Below are positions 8,422-18,256 of a stretch of 64,000 nucleotides of DNA, piece after piece (within the stretch, counting starts at the first letter, position 1; the number at the start of each line of letters is the position of its first letter). A program made the translations under genes and the position numbers. The notes under the pieces were generated by a model, which saw only the letters and a list, made by a program, of their open reading frames with translations, ran no database searches and had not been told where the DNA came from. Source of the DNA: an uncultured virus (IMG/VR IMGVR_UViG_3300042318_000627) (taxonomy: Duplodnaviria; Heunggongvirae; Uroviricota; Caudoviricetes); the IMG/VR virus record IMGVR_UViG_3300042318_000627, positions 1-64,000 of that record. One strand, written 5' to 3'.

Positions 8422-10557
8422 TTATATCAATTTTTTGACTTGTTTCAATACCATATCTGCTGATATTTCCTTGGAACATTCAAAGTTTTTGTTCCTTGGG
8501 CACCAAAACCAATCATTGCGACTAAACTTGCAGGACATATCGTTCCAACAACCATTACAGACACTTTCATTGATTACTCTATATTCAGTATGAAACTCGC
8601 ACAGACTCTTGGTAAATCCACTGATCAACACCACGGGCTTGCCCACGGCCCATGCCAACCAACTCAAACCAGAGCTTAGTCCAATAAAGAACTGTGCGCC
8701 TGCTATTTGAGCCATGCGTTCGTCCAGTGTAAAGTCGCCAGTTTTATCCACACAACCTTCTGGCATATAATTCATACTTTTGTCTACGCCAAAACTATTG
8801 TGTCGGTCAATGCACCATACTTCATATCCATTGCTCTTTAGATAATCCACCACGGTCTTCCATCCAGTTTTATTGTTCCAATACTTTGCTTGACAAGTAC
8901 TTTGAGTAGCAATACACACATATTTCTTCTTTACATTTTTATACTTATTGGCATCAAAAGTAATCTTTGGTTTGTATTCTATATTGGTCAAACCTAGTAT
9001 GGTTGTGGCAATTGAACATAGATTGAGCAACCTTGGGTCGGTTGGAATATGATTCTTGGTATTTTCTCCATCAAAACATCCAATCTTGTATTTAGCATAA
9101 TATGGATCTGTATACACATCCACTGCCAAAAATTTTATATTTGGATAATTCTTCTCAAACATTGGACGAAGTACTTTATTAAACACTGCACATTCCATTA
9201 TACATTGATGTTTCTTCTGAAACTCATCAACAGCACCAATCCACGCCAACAAATCTCCTAAACTTTCACTGTCCAATACAACTTTAACTTTTTTATTTTT
9301 TGGATCAAATGTGTGTTTTTCTACCAATACATCATAACCATCTGATATGTCATATACCTCAACCACCCACTTGTTGAAATACTTTGTGGAAGTTGATGCC
9401 CACATATTATTTTTAAGTTTCGTTTCATATACAACATGACCTGTATGAAAATCAATAAACTTGATCTTATAACTCTTGTCAACTGGACCGGGTATATCTA
9501 CCTTAGCACCATCATCAAAAGTTATTTTAATTTTGTTTTCTGGTTTCTTTGGCTCTTTGTATACCACGTCTGTATTTTTATAACTATCAATCAACTGATT
9601 ACCAAAAATACATTCACAATATTCGCTGTATAGTTTGGCTAAGTCATGTACTCTGTTGCTGTACGAATTTTCTTTGGCATTTTCCAATGCGGCATTTCTA
9701 TATGCTTTATAATTTAATCTCACATCTTCAATACCATGAATTGCTTCAGATATGTCACGTGAAGTAACAACCATACCTTTGTATTTTTTTTCTTCAAACG
9801 TACCAACCACTGGCAACCCACATGCCATTGCTTCTAATAATGTGAGGTTTGGATGACCAGCCTCTAGTTCAGAGAAGTGTAAAAATATATCATGACTGTT
9901 ATATAACTCAATGAGCGACTTTTCATCCAAGTCATATAACTTGGTCAACTGTTCATAGTTGTTGAGTTCGGGATCGAGTGTTTTGAAGAAGTTATCGTTG
10001 TTACGCGGACCAGCAATTGTCAGCGGTAGTCCCAACTGTTTGGCTGCTTGAATTGCAATAGCAAACCCTTTACGGTCTTTGCTTTGGTCATTAGCATATC
10101 CATTGTTGGCTACGCACAACAACTTTGGACTGCTGCTCATCTCTCTTGTTTTGTATGTAAAGACATCTGTATTGACGGCGTGAGAAAAGTAACGCAACTT
10201 TTTGCTGCCAAAATATGGTATCAAAAACTTACATGGTGACAAAGAAAACACACTATTTTCAATTGCTTTAAAATTTTCTTTATACACATGCGATTCTTTG
10301 CCATACAAAAATGCGTGATGATCATGAATGCTAAAGATGTATGGAACACCGCGTTCATGAAGCATATTGGCGAGATTGGCCACGTGTACATGCACAACCA
10401 TACTTTCATCATATTTAACATCATTGAGATATTTTATCTCATTACGGATGTTCAGCTTGTTCAATTCAAGATGATAATCCCAGATAATTTTTTCGATTGC
10501 ACCCCACCCATTTGGTGGAATTGATATAAGTCCCGGCGTAATATTGATTATTTTCAT
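8422..10557 (-). CDS. GT4-family glycosyltransferase fused to Aah/TibC-like (autotransporter) O-heptosyltransferase
   Basis: N-half: PPNGWGAIEKII, KGF, EAGHPNLTLLEAMACGLPVV. C-half: SLGDLLAW, YVCIATQSTCQAKYWNN, FFIGLSSGLSWLAWA, iron-finger-like CNGCWND..WFWCP..ECSKEI. Confidence 0.85.
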   Translation of the reverse strand: MKIINITPGLISIPPNGWGAIEKIIWDYHLELNKLNIRNEIKYLNDVKYDESMVVHVHVANLANMLHERGVPYIFSIHDHHAFLYGKESHVYKENFKAIENSVFSLSPCKFLIPYFGSKKLRYFSHAVNTDVFTYKTREMSSSPKLLCVANNGYANDQSKDRKGFAIAIQAAKQLGLPLTIAGPRNNDNFFKTLDPELNNYEQLTKLYDLDEKSLIELYNSHDIFLHFSELEAGHPNLTLLEAMACGLPVVGTFEEKKYKGMVVTSRDISEAIHGIEDVRLNYKAYRNAALENAKENSYSNRVHDLAKLYSEYCECIFGNQLIDSYKNTDVVYKEPKKPENKIKITFDDGAKVDIPGPVDKSYKIKFIDFHTGHVVYETKLKNNMWASTSTKYFNKWVVEVYDISDGYDVLVEKHTFDPKNKKVKVVLDSESLGDLLAWIGAVDEFQKKHQCIMECAVFNKVLRPMFEKNYPNIKFLAVDVYTDPYYAKYKIGCFDGENTKNHIPTDPRLLNLCSIATTILGLTNIEYKPKITFDANKYKNVKKKYVCIATQSTCQAKYWNNKTGWKTVVDYLKSNGYEVWCIDRHNSFGVDKSMNYMPEGCVDKTGDFTLDERMAQIAGAQFFIGLSSGLSWLAWAVGKPVVLISGFTKSLCEFHTEYRVINESVCNGCWNDMSCKFSRNDWFWCPRNKNFECSKEISADMVLKQVKKLI

Positions 10558-10641
10558 TTTAAATTCTTTCTATCCAATTTGGTGTAGTCACCGTATTTGT
10601 ATCAGTGTATATATTTAAAGTTTTGTTTGATGTCAAGTATT

Positions 10642-11622
10642 TTATTTCAATCTTACAAAACTTCTATTTTTTGGATCAAGTATGCTATTTTTATTAAATT
10701 TAATTAAGCGAGCATCACTGATTCGTACAACAAATTCTTGGTTTTTTGGATTTATTTTAAAAACCATGCCCGTGAGCGAATTGGGTATAGTTTCGCATAA
10801 AACGTCATCAACATATACCTCCAACTTATCAGCTCTTGGACTTTTATTTAAATACACAAATGCAATGTCTGTCGTATTTTCTATCTTGAGCACGGTTGAA
10901 ATACCAACCATGTCAGTCACAATTCCATCCTCCGCGAACGCACTCATACCATGCTTACTGGTTGCAAAATATTTTTCAATTCCAATATTTTCAAGCATAT
11001 GAACGTCTCCAAATAATTTTTTTCTCTCAACGCTCTTATACAAGAAACTTTCCAGCGTTCCATATGCACCAACTTCTTTGCAGTTAATTATATATTCGTC
11101 GGAGGAATTTGAAAACTTAAATGTATTCTTAAAAAATTCAATTGATGAATAAAATATCGTTGAAACGAACACATAATCAAATTTTAAAAACATTGCTTTT
11201 TTATTGTTAGTTTCAGATATATTTTTTAAATTTTTTAACTTTATAACATCTTGTTCCGAAAATAGACAGTCACCTTCCACATAAACAAATGAATCATATG
11301 AATCTTTCGCAAAATTGACTGCGTTCATTATAGAGCGAAACACTGCATAACTATGATTTTTATGATTTGCAAGTTGGTATATTCTAAAGAAAAACTTGGG
11401 ATAATCCGCGTAAAAATTAACATTTGGATTTGATGGTATAAAATCGTTGCGACAATCGTATATAAAATATTTAACCATATTTTGTATTTCTTTACTAACC
11501 GGACAGTGCGTAACCAACAAAACATCAAAATCGTTATTAACTCTTTCCAAAACGGATTGTAAAACTTGTTCCGTTTTTTGCTCGGATGGGTATGAGCCAA
11601 CTATCAATAGTTGTTTTTTCAT
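10642..11622 (-). CDS. Putative glycosyltransferase-related protein
   Basis: Within the glyco operon; DVLLVTH...FVYVEGDC resembles a GT-A core with a degenerate DxD. Confidence 0.5.
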   Translation of the reverse strand: MKKQLLIVGSYPSEQKTEQVLQSVLERVNNDFDVLLVTHCPVSKEIQNMVKYFIYDCRNDFIPSNPNVNFYADYPKFFFRIYQLANHKNHSYAVFRSIMNAVNFAKDSYDSFVYVEGDCLFSEQDVIKLKNLKNISETNNKKAMFLKFDYVFVSTIFYSSIEFFKNTFKFSNSSDEYIINCKEVGAYGTLESFLYKSVERKKLFGDVHMLENIGIEKYFATSKHGMSAFAEDGIVTDMVGISTVLKIENTTDIAFVYLNKSPRADKLEVYVDDVLCETIPNSLTGMVFKINPKNQEFVVRISDARLIKFNKNSILDPKNRSFVRLK

Positions 11623-12533
11623 TTTGTCGCGTATATGAATCCAACTGTATCATTTTCTGTACAATGTCTATATTGTACGTTATATCCATTATCTATGAGT
11701 TTTTTGGCTATTGGCTTTGGATCAAAGTGAAACTCAATGAAGAATTGATTTATTCTATCAAAATGTTTTTGGTTTAAATTTTCAATTACTTTAAATTCAG
11801 TTCCTTCGATGTCAAGCTTTAGCAAATTTATATTGTCTTCCATACTTAATATAGAATCTACGCATGTTGTTGGTACATGTATTTTTACAGAATTTTCTAC
11901 ATTCAAAAACTCACTTGTACCAACCGATGCTCCAAGTGATATGTTTATATCCATACCAACATCCGACACATTCATACCTTTGTTGAGCAGCGTTATGCTT
12001 GCATCTTGACCAAAGTTTTTTTCCAAGTAAAAGAACGCCAATGGATCTGGGTCTATACTGTATATCTTTCTTGCACCAAAGTGTTTAGAATATAAAGTAA
12101 AAAACCCAACGTTGGCACCAGCATCAACAACTGTACCAGAAACGTCTATATCTTTACACAAATCCCCATAGAAGAAGTCTGCGTATGATGGACCGGTGGG
12201 ATCAAATGGATCTGAATGAAATGTGCTGGCAAACCGTTTTGCGTTCTTGTTTACAACAATATTTTGATATTGGATCAGTCGAAAATCTTTGTTATATATT
12301 TTTACAACAAATCCGGGAAAATTTGGATTATTTATAACAAATGAATTTATTTTTTGGGACAATGGTTGCATCCATAAATTTAAACCGGCCTCCACATCTT
12401 GTGTACAAGCATAATAAACAGCACCCGTATACAAGTCACCAACAGTGAATATATACTTTGACGTATATTGCAATTTATAGTTAAAATAAACTGCAAAATT
12501 TTCTCGGTCTAAATATAAGTCGAAAAAAATCAC
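11619..12533 (-). CDS. FkbM-family SAM-dependent methyltransferase
   Basis: VVDAGANVGFF, LLKLDIEGTE, FFIEFH. Confidence 0.9.
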   Translation of the reverse strand: MIFFDLYLDRENFAVYFNYKLQYTSKYIFTVGDLYTGAVYYACTQDVEAGLNLWMQPLSQKINSFVINNPNFPGFVVKIYNKDFRLIQYQNIVVNKNAKRFASTFHSDPFDPTGPSYADFFYGDLCKDIDVSGTVVDAGANVGFFTLYSKHFGARKIYSIDPDPLAFFYLEKNFGQDASITLLNKGMNVSDVGMDINISLGASVGTSEFLNVENSVKIHVPTTCVDSILSMEDNINLLKLDIEGTEFKVIENLNQKHFDRINQFFIEFHFDPKPIAKKLIDNGYNVQYRHCTENDTVGFIYATK

Positions 12534-13348
12534 GATAATAGATATTCCAACGTTCTGTTTGTTTCTCCAGCTTCCTTGAAGCCGTGATATAACAAAACTC
12601 TATCTGGATCTTCAACCGCCTCCCAACTTGAACCAAATGCATCTACGCTGTTCATGAATATTGTATTTTTGGCTTTGCGTTCTTCAACGACCCTCACAGT
12701 TTCTAATAGATGTGTATTTACAAATGCTTGTTTTAGATTTTTATTTGCACCGCGCTTCCATAAGCACACATTGAATGCAGTTTCATCGGCGTATGGAAAA
12801 TAATCTTTACGACGATCCAACAAATATTTGTTCTGGCAGATTGAAGTATATTCTTCAAAGAACTCTTTGCAGTTTGGGTTGAATGCATAAAAACAAGACC
12901 AGCAATATCTCATGCTTCTGTTTTCCAGTCCATGATATTTCATCAATTTTTGTTCGTTGAAAATAATTTTTACTCCATTAACTTCTTGCCAAATGAATGG
13001 ATATTCATGTGGACCATAACTTGCCATAGGATATGACTCGTTATATTTGTGGTCATTAAAGTTGAAGTTTCGCGAGAACAATACGTCTGTATCCGTGAAC
13101 AAATAATATTCATTTGGAAACATCTGCATTGTAAGCAAAGAAAGCTCGGCTTTATAGAAGTGGAAGGTTGGATATTGTGGCCGATAATCAACCTTTACTT
13201 TTTGCAAGTTCTTGAATTCAAAACTGCTGTCAAATCCGATTGTATAATAAACAATCTTTATATCGTCTGTGATTTTGTTTGTCAAAGACTTGATACAAGA
13301 GATTGCTTGATATTCGCAGTTCTTATCGCTGTATAGAAATATAACCAT
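12530..13348 (-). CDS. GT-A fold glycosyltransferase (GT8-like)
   Basis: YLFTDTDVL (DxD), ADETAFNVCLW, LLYHG; in glyco operon. Confidence 0.7.
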   Translation of the reverse strand: MVIFLYSDKNCEYQAISCIKSLTNKITDDIKIVYYTIGFDSSFEFKNLQKVKVDYRPQYPTFHFYKAELSLLTMQMFPNEYYLFTDTDVLFSRNFNFNDHKYNESYPMASYGPHEYPFIWQEVNGVKIIFNEQKLMKYHGLENRSMRYCWSCFYAFNPNCKEFFEEYTSICQNKYLLDRRKDYFPYADETAFNVCLWKRGANKNLKQAFVNTHLLETVRVVEERKAKNTIFMNSVDAFGSSWEAVEDPDRVLLYHGFKEAGETNRTLEYLLS

Positions 13349-13360
13349 AGTTGTGTTTTA

Positions 13361-15913
13361 TTAGAAGGGTTTGAATGTGTACCATTGTCTCCAATATGGC
13401 TCGCTAGTGGTTGAATAGACCTTTAAGTCATTCTTGGCCATAAACTCATTGACGGCTTTTCTGACGCCAAATTTTCCAGCATACACAGGTTCTTTTCCGG
13501 AACCTGTCAGCCAAATATCACCGTCGTCCGGAATATAATCATCGCCACAGAACAACCCACCTTTCTTTACCTTTGGCCACCAAGCTTTCATATCACGCAC
13601 AACTCCTTCATAAGAATGATCGGCGTCAATATAAACAAAGTCAAAATGTTCATCTGGAAACATATGAGCACTGGCCGCACTGTCCATGCGAATGATATGA
13701 GCACGATTTTGCCATGGTTTGATGTTCTCACAGGTCTTCACCAAGCAATCGTAATGATACTTATCATCTTGACCGTTCATATCAACATAGCTGCTAAGAT
13801 GACGCCAAGCATCCACTAGATATAGTTGACCTTCGTGCCAACGTTCCAATATTATCTTTGAATACTCTCCTCTGAGTACTCCAATTTCAATTCCTTTTCC
13901 GTGTGGAAACATATCATTGACCAATACCGCCAAATCTCGCTTGTCCGGACATCCACGAGCGTCAAGCATTTTTTGCAAATCCGTGTTTCTATCATCAATC
14001 TTCACTTCCGATTTGGTTGCAAAAATGAACCCACCCTGTGCGTGTAAGCTTTGGACGGTGCAATTGAACCCAGCCGTTTTCAACTGGTTCAATACCAAAG
14101 TTGCATCTTTTTCATAAGTTCTTCCGCCAATGATATGATATTCCATTAGAATATTATCAATCATAGCCAAATCCGAATCATCCATTGAAGCGAACAAATC
14201 ATATTCAGCGGTTTCTATGTCCACCTTCATCAAATCAATCTTTTGGATGTTATATTTCGTCACAAACGATTTGAACGATGTTGCATCTACTTTATACGAT
14301 GTGTCCGAACCATTCACATTTGCCACCGATGATACGATGGAATTTTTGCTGTCAACAAAGAATTCAAGTTGACCATCTTTATTGGACATAGCTTTCTCTA
14401 CAACCACAACTTCATCTCCAAAAGAATTCTTCAATATTTTCAATGCATCCCTATTTGGTTCAACCGAGTAAACTTTTTGGCATTTTGCCGTGTGTTTTAT
14501 ATATTCTGTCCACAGCCCGATATTTGCACCCACGTCAACAACAGTGTTAAATGTCTTTCCGTGTAAATATTTGTCATATATCTTATCAACAAAGAATTCC
14601 GTGTAATTCATATATGTCGGCTGTGTGTCGTTTTTAAGAATAGATTGATATTTGTTGAATGCGGCGGGCTTTATGCGAAAAGTCTTGGAATCTAGCAATA
14701 CACCGTTTTGATAAAATTCCACCAACAATCCACCAAAGTATGGCTCGGTTTCATAATCAATCACGTGCTTCGGGGTAGGAATAATCCACCATTCCAAATT
14801 GGCAGGAAGCTGTGGATATTCAACAGCCCACACCACAGTGCGAGAATCCAGTTCTTTCACGGAGATGAGTAAATTATCTACGGTTTTATTGGCCGAGAAT
14901 AGTACCTTGTTGTCTGTATTGTCGTATTTTACGTTGAAGCGAGTCATAGATTTTTCTGTATATAGGTTTAGGGCTTTTAGTATTTTGTTTAAATTTTCAT
15001 CCTTGCTATCATAATCAAGATATTTGATATTTTCATATTTGTCATACATTCCCATATACACAGGAGAATTATAAATCAACGTTGGTATATTGTATGATAT
15101 TGCTTCGCGTATAACCAATGGACTTGTTTCTTTGTCTCCATTTTCATCCTTGGACACAAACAGAAACAAATCGGCTGCTTGATAAAAATTATCCACATCT
15201 TTTCTTTCATTCCACCATTTGCAGTTGGATGGAAAATCTTTCATCAACGGTTCCCAATAGCTTCTAAAATTGTCTGCTTGATTTCCAATAAAATGAAACT
15301 GGATAGGTTGGTCTTTGAGTATTCTGGCATACTCAATAATTTCTTTTTGGTTTTTTCTTGATGTGAACAAACCAACGTGCACCACATGCTTTTTCTTTGG
15401 ATCAAGACCCAACACTCTCAGTGCTTCTTCTCTTGGCTTTCTGGGGTTGATGAGAATAGGATATTCACAAACTTCGGACGGTACATCAATATCTTTGAGA
15501 TTTTCTTTTTGATATTTGCTCACATATATCAATCGGTCTGGAAAGAATACTTTACCTTTTGGATCAAAGCTGCTGTCATGCGATGTTTCAATGATTTTAT
15601 ATCGTCTATCTTTGATGTATATCTTTTTGGCAATATCATGGTCCATGAAATATTCTGGCATTTCTTCCAGATGCACAACGTCGGGGTCCAAATCTTTGAT
15701 TATGTCAACTATTTTTGAGCGATCATAGTTCACAGAAATCAACCTGTCTTTGAGAATTTCTTTTATTTTGTTCTTTTGTACTGTGAAACAGCCGTGGTCT
15801 GCATACTCAATACAATATATCTCGTGGTCTTTGTGCAAGACCTGTATCTTCTTCAACAAAAATTGCGGACAGCCACCCGTCGATAAATGCGGAGTAATAT
15901 ATAAAATTTTCAT
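13361..15913 (-). CDS. Fusion: GT4 glycosyltransferase + FkbM methyltransferase + class I (Methyltransf_24-like) methyltransferase
   Basis: HLSTGGCPQ, RKNQ, ETSPLVIREAIS; VVDVGANIG, MKVDIE; IEIGVLRG, YIDADHSYEGV..W..VKKGG..GDDY. Confidence 0.88.
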   Translation of the reverse strand: MKILYITPHLSTGGCPQFLLKKIQVLHKDHEIYCIEYADHGCFTVQKNKIKEILKDRLISVNYDRSKIVDIIKDLDPDVVHLEEMPEYFMDHDIAKKIYIKDRRYKIIETSHDSSFDPKGKVFFPDRLIYVSKYQKENLKDIDVPSEVCEYPILINPRKPREEALRVLGLDPKKKHVVHVGLFTSRKNQKEIIEYARILKDQPIQFHFIGNQADNFRSYWEPLMKDFPSNCKWWNERKDVDNFYQAADLFLFVSKDENGDKETSPLVIREAISYNIPTLIYNSPVYMGMYDKYENIKYLDYDSKDENLNKILKALNLYTEKSMTRFNVKYDNTDNKVLFSANKTVDNLLISVKELDSRTVVWAVEYPQLPANLEWWIIPTPKHVIDYETEPYFGGLLVEFYQNGVLLDSKTFRIKPAAFNKYQSILKNDTQPTYMNYTEFFVDKIYDKYLHGKTFNTVVDVGANIGLWTEYIKHTAKCQKVYSVEPNRDALKILKNSFGDEVVVVEKAMSNKDGQLEFFVDSKNSIVSSVANVNGSDTSYKVDATSFKSFVTKYNIQKIDLMKVDIETAEYDLFASMDDSDLAMIDNILMEYHIIGGRTYEKDATLVLNQLKTAGFNCTVQSLHAQGGFIFATKSEVKIDDRNTDLQKMLDARGCPDKRDLAVLVNDMFPHGKGIEIGVLRGEYSKIILERWHEGQLYLVDAWRHLSSYVDMNGQDDKYHYDCLVKTCENIKPWQNRAHIIRMDSAASAHMFPDEHFDFVYIDADHSYEGVVRDMKAWWPKVKKGGLFCGDDYIPDDGDIWLTGSGKEPVYAGKFGVRKAVNEFMAKNDLKVYSTTSEPYWRQWYTFKPF

Positions 15914-15948
15914 CTTTAGTAGAGTATAACCATTGTTTTATTTGTCAA
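15911..15948 (-). promoter_or_regulatory. Sigma70-like leaderless promoter
   Basis: Minus strand reads TTGACA-N16-TACTCT-N7-ATG (start 15913). Confidence 0.55.
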
Positions 15949-16105
15949 GCGAAATTTACAAGAATCGCTCGTTCATATATATTGAATACCAAAACAAATT
16001 TCAAGTTTTGTATTTATATAATTACTTCTTTAGTAATAAAAAATTAATAGTTTATACAGTTCAAAAAGAAAAAGCACCGCTCAGGCACCATTATAGAAAC
16101 CACCG

Positions 16106-18211
16106 CTACCCACCACCGCCAACCAACGTGGTTCCGCTTGGATCAACGAATATTTGTTTTTTTAATGGCAAGAACGTTTGATTATATATAAAAGTATAAG
16201 AATCTTCACCATATGCAAGTTGATGGGCACCATCATATAGTTCAGCTTCAATTTCAAACAATTCGTTTCTTAAAGTGGCTTTTATTGGAATCTTTATTTT
16301 AAAATTATCCACCGAATAATCCAACGCCTGATATGAACACAGGTTGAGTTTTGATATACTCCAAGTACCGGACACAGGAACCAACATTATTGTGCCATAT
16401 CTTTCTATATCAGAAAAGAAAGTTGATTTGTATCTTCGACCAGCGCCAAATTTAAATGTACTATCAATTGTGGCAATCTTTATTTTGTCGTCGCCGCTTA
16501 CAAAATAAACATACAACACCGAAGTGCTGCTGTTTTCAACCGACGGTTTTACGTTTATAGAAAACTCGTACAATGAATTTTGTTTCAATGTGATTGGATT
16601 GCTGTCATATACAGCACCTTGTATCAAATTTTCTTGAGAATTTGTATATGAAGTCAATTCTGGTGCATTATCAAGTCCCAGATATGATGCAGTTGGATAT
16701 GATGCAAAATTTATAAAAGCATCCGATTTACCATACCAATAAGAATTTGGTAGTAAGGTATAACTTATATACGCCGCAGTTCTACCGACACTTGTATCAT
16801 CTTTATATATCACATAATCAATTTGATTTTCATTTCCTGTGTGAGATACAGTGACACCGTCAATAAACACTTGGTTGGTTTGTGAAAACCCACAACTGCC
16901 TTGAACCAGCCAATATTTGGAAACATGTGCCGCGTTGTAAAATTCACCGGGATTATTGTACAGTCCATTATCAAATTTGGTTGTTGAAATTAAATTTGTA
17001 GGTTTTATTTTTCCTTCACAAATCAATGTTTTTGTTTCTGGACTATTTAGGCTGCGACCGTAAACTTTATAGCTATTCAGATCTCCACATAATACTCGCA
17101 AATTGTTGAAATAAATATCCAATATGGATTTTTTGTAGAAAGTGGAACCAGATACAATTGCTCGTGGCAATTCAGTTACAATATTTTTGTGAATAATTTC
17201 AAACTCACCATTATCAATACTCAATATGTAAAAATTCTTTTTGTGATTAACGGTCTGCTTTGATGGATCATTGCTTGTACCATATCCCTTTATATTTGCC
17301 AAGTTATTTTTAGCATATGAAGAATCTTGATTGGAACGATCTATCAAATCAGACACAGTTGAAAAAGGAATATCTAATAACACCGTTGTGTCATTTACTA
17401 CGCTGTCAATTTTTGCTATAAAATCGGTAGAAATCAATCCTTCGTATTGTATTTGGTTGTTTGTATAATTGGTATATGTAAATTTCTTTACGGTTGGACT
17501 CTTGATACGAACTTGTTCACCTTCCATGGATGAACTGAATTTTGATCCACCTTTCCAATATAATTGATAAATTGGCTTGTCGTATTGATAATCATAATCA
17601 CCATCCGAGTTATTTTTTGGAAATACGGCAATTGATGAAAATGAACCGGACGATATACAATAGGAAGATGTTGGATATATTGGACAATCATATATTTCTG
17701 ATGAAACTTCAATATATGGAGAATCAAAGAATCTTACTTCAGTGTCTGTCTTTTTAGTTGGATCAATCAATATATTGCTAGACCATAATATATTTACTTT
17801 TGTCAGCGGGGTGGGCGACGGAGCTTGAATCAGTGGAAGGCGCTGATTTTTATCTATTTTATATCCATTGTTCTTAAAGTAAGCAATTATTCCGGTATAA
17901 TCTCCAGTATCAAGTCCAATCGAACGTATTTCCAACCTACCAATGCCAGTTGGTGTGGTTGATGGAATATTAACATAATACAACCTACCAGAATCAGTAA
18001 CTTCACTGTATTTTGCGTCAGTTGGACGTATAATACCAGAAGATAATATATTACCATCCACATCATATGCAGATAATGTAATATCCGAATCTGGAACAAC
18101 CAAGTTAGTCGGATTTACAATGAATGAATTTTTTCCAGATTTGAGCGTATCCTTAAAGTCGGATAAAATAAAATATGTATTCTGCGAGTTGCTATCCGGT
18201 ACTGTGTCCAT
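16106..18211 (-). CDS. Putative virion structural protein
   Basis: 701 aa, rich in S/T/N/Y and beta-type; preceded by the late-type ATATTTAT motif (18233-18240). Confidence 0.55.
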   Translation of the reverse strand: MDTVPDSNSQNTYFILSDFKDTLKSGKNSFIVNPTNLVVPDSDITLSAYDVDGNILSSGIIRPTDAKYSEVTDSGRLYYVNIPSTTPTGIGRLEIRSIGLDTGDYTGIIAYFKNNGYKIDKNQRLPLIQAPSPTPLTKVNILWSSNILIDPTKKTDTEVRFFDSPYIEVSSEIYDCPIYPTSSYCISSGSFSSIAVFPKNNSDGDYDYQYDKPIYQLYWKGGSKFSSSMEGEQVRIKSPTVKKFTYTNYTNNQIQYEGLISTDFIAKIDSVVNDTTVLLDIPFSTVSDLIDRSNQDSSYAKNNLANIKGYGTSNDPSKQTVNHKKNFYILSIDNGEFEIIHKNIVTELPRAIVSGSTFYKKSILDIYFNNLRVLCGDLNSYKVYGRSLNSPETKTLICEGKIKPTNLISTTKFDNGLYNNPGEFYNAAHVSKYWLVQGSCGFSQTNQVFIDGVTVSHTGNENQIDYVIYKDDTSVGRTAAYISYTLLPNSYWYGKSDAFINFASYPTASYLGLDNAPELTSYTNSQENLIQGAVYDSNPITLKQNSLYEFSINVKPSVENSSTSVLYVYFVSGDDKIKIATIDSTFKFGAGRRYKSTFFSDIERYGTIMLVPVSGTWSISKLNLCSYQALDYSVDNFKIKIPIKATLRNELFEIEAELYDGAHQLAYGEDSYTFIYNQTFLPLKKQIFVDPSGTTLVGGGG

Positions 18212-18256
18212 AGGTTGTATATACGCCTATGGATAAATATGACTCAGACGTTGTTA

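Noticed and set aside
16081..16125. Possible frameshift or readthrough at the end of 16106..18211 (another frame continues GSGGFYNGA)
   Set aside because: Would add only a few residues; no slippery site or other support, and it cannot be distinguished from chance.
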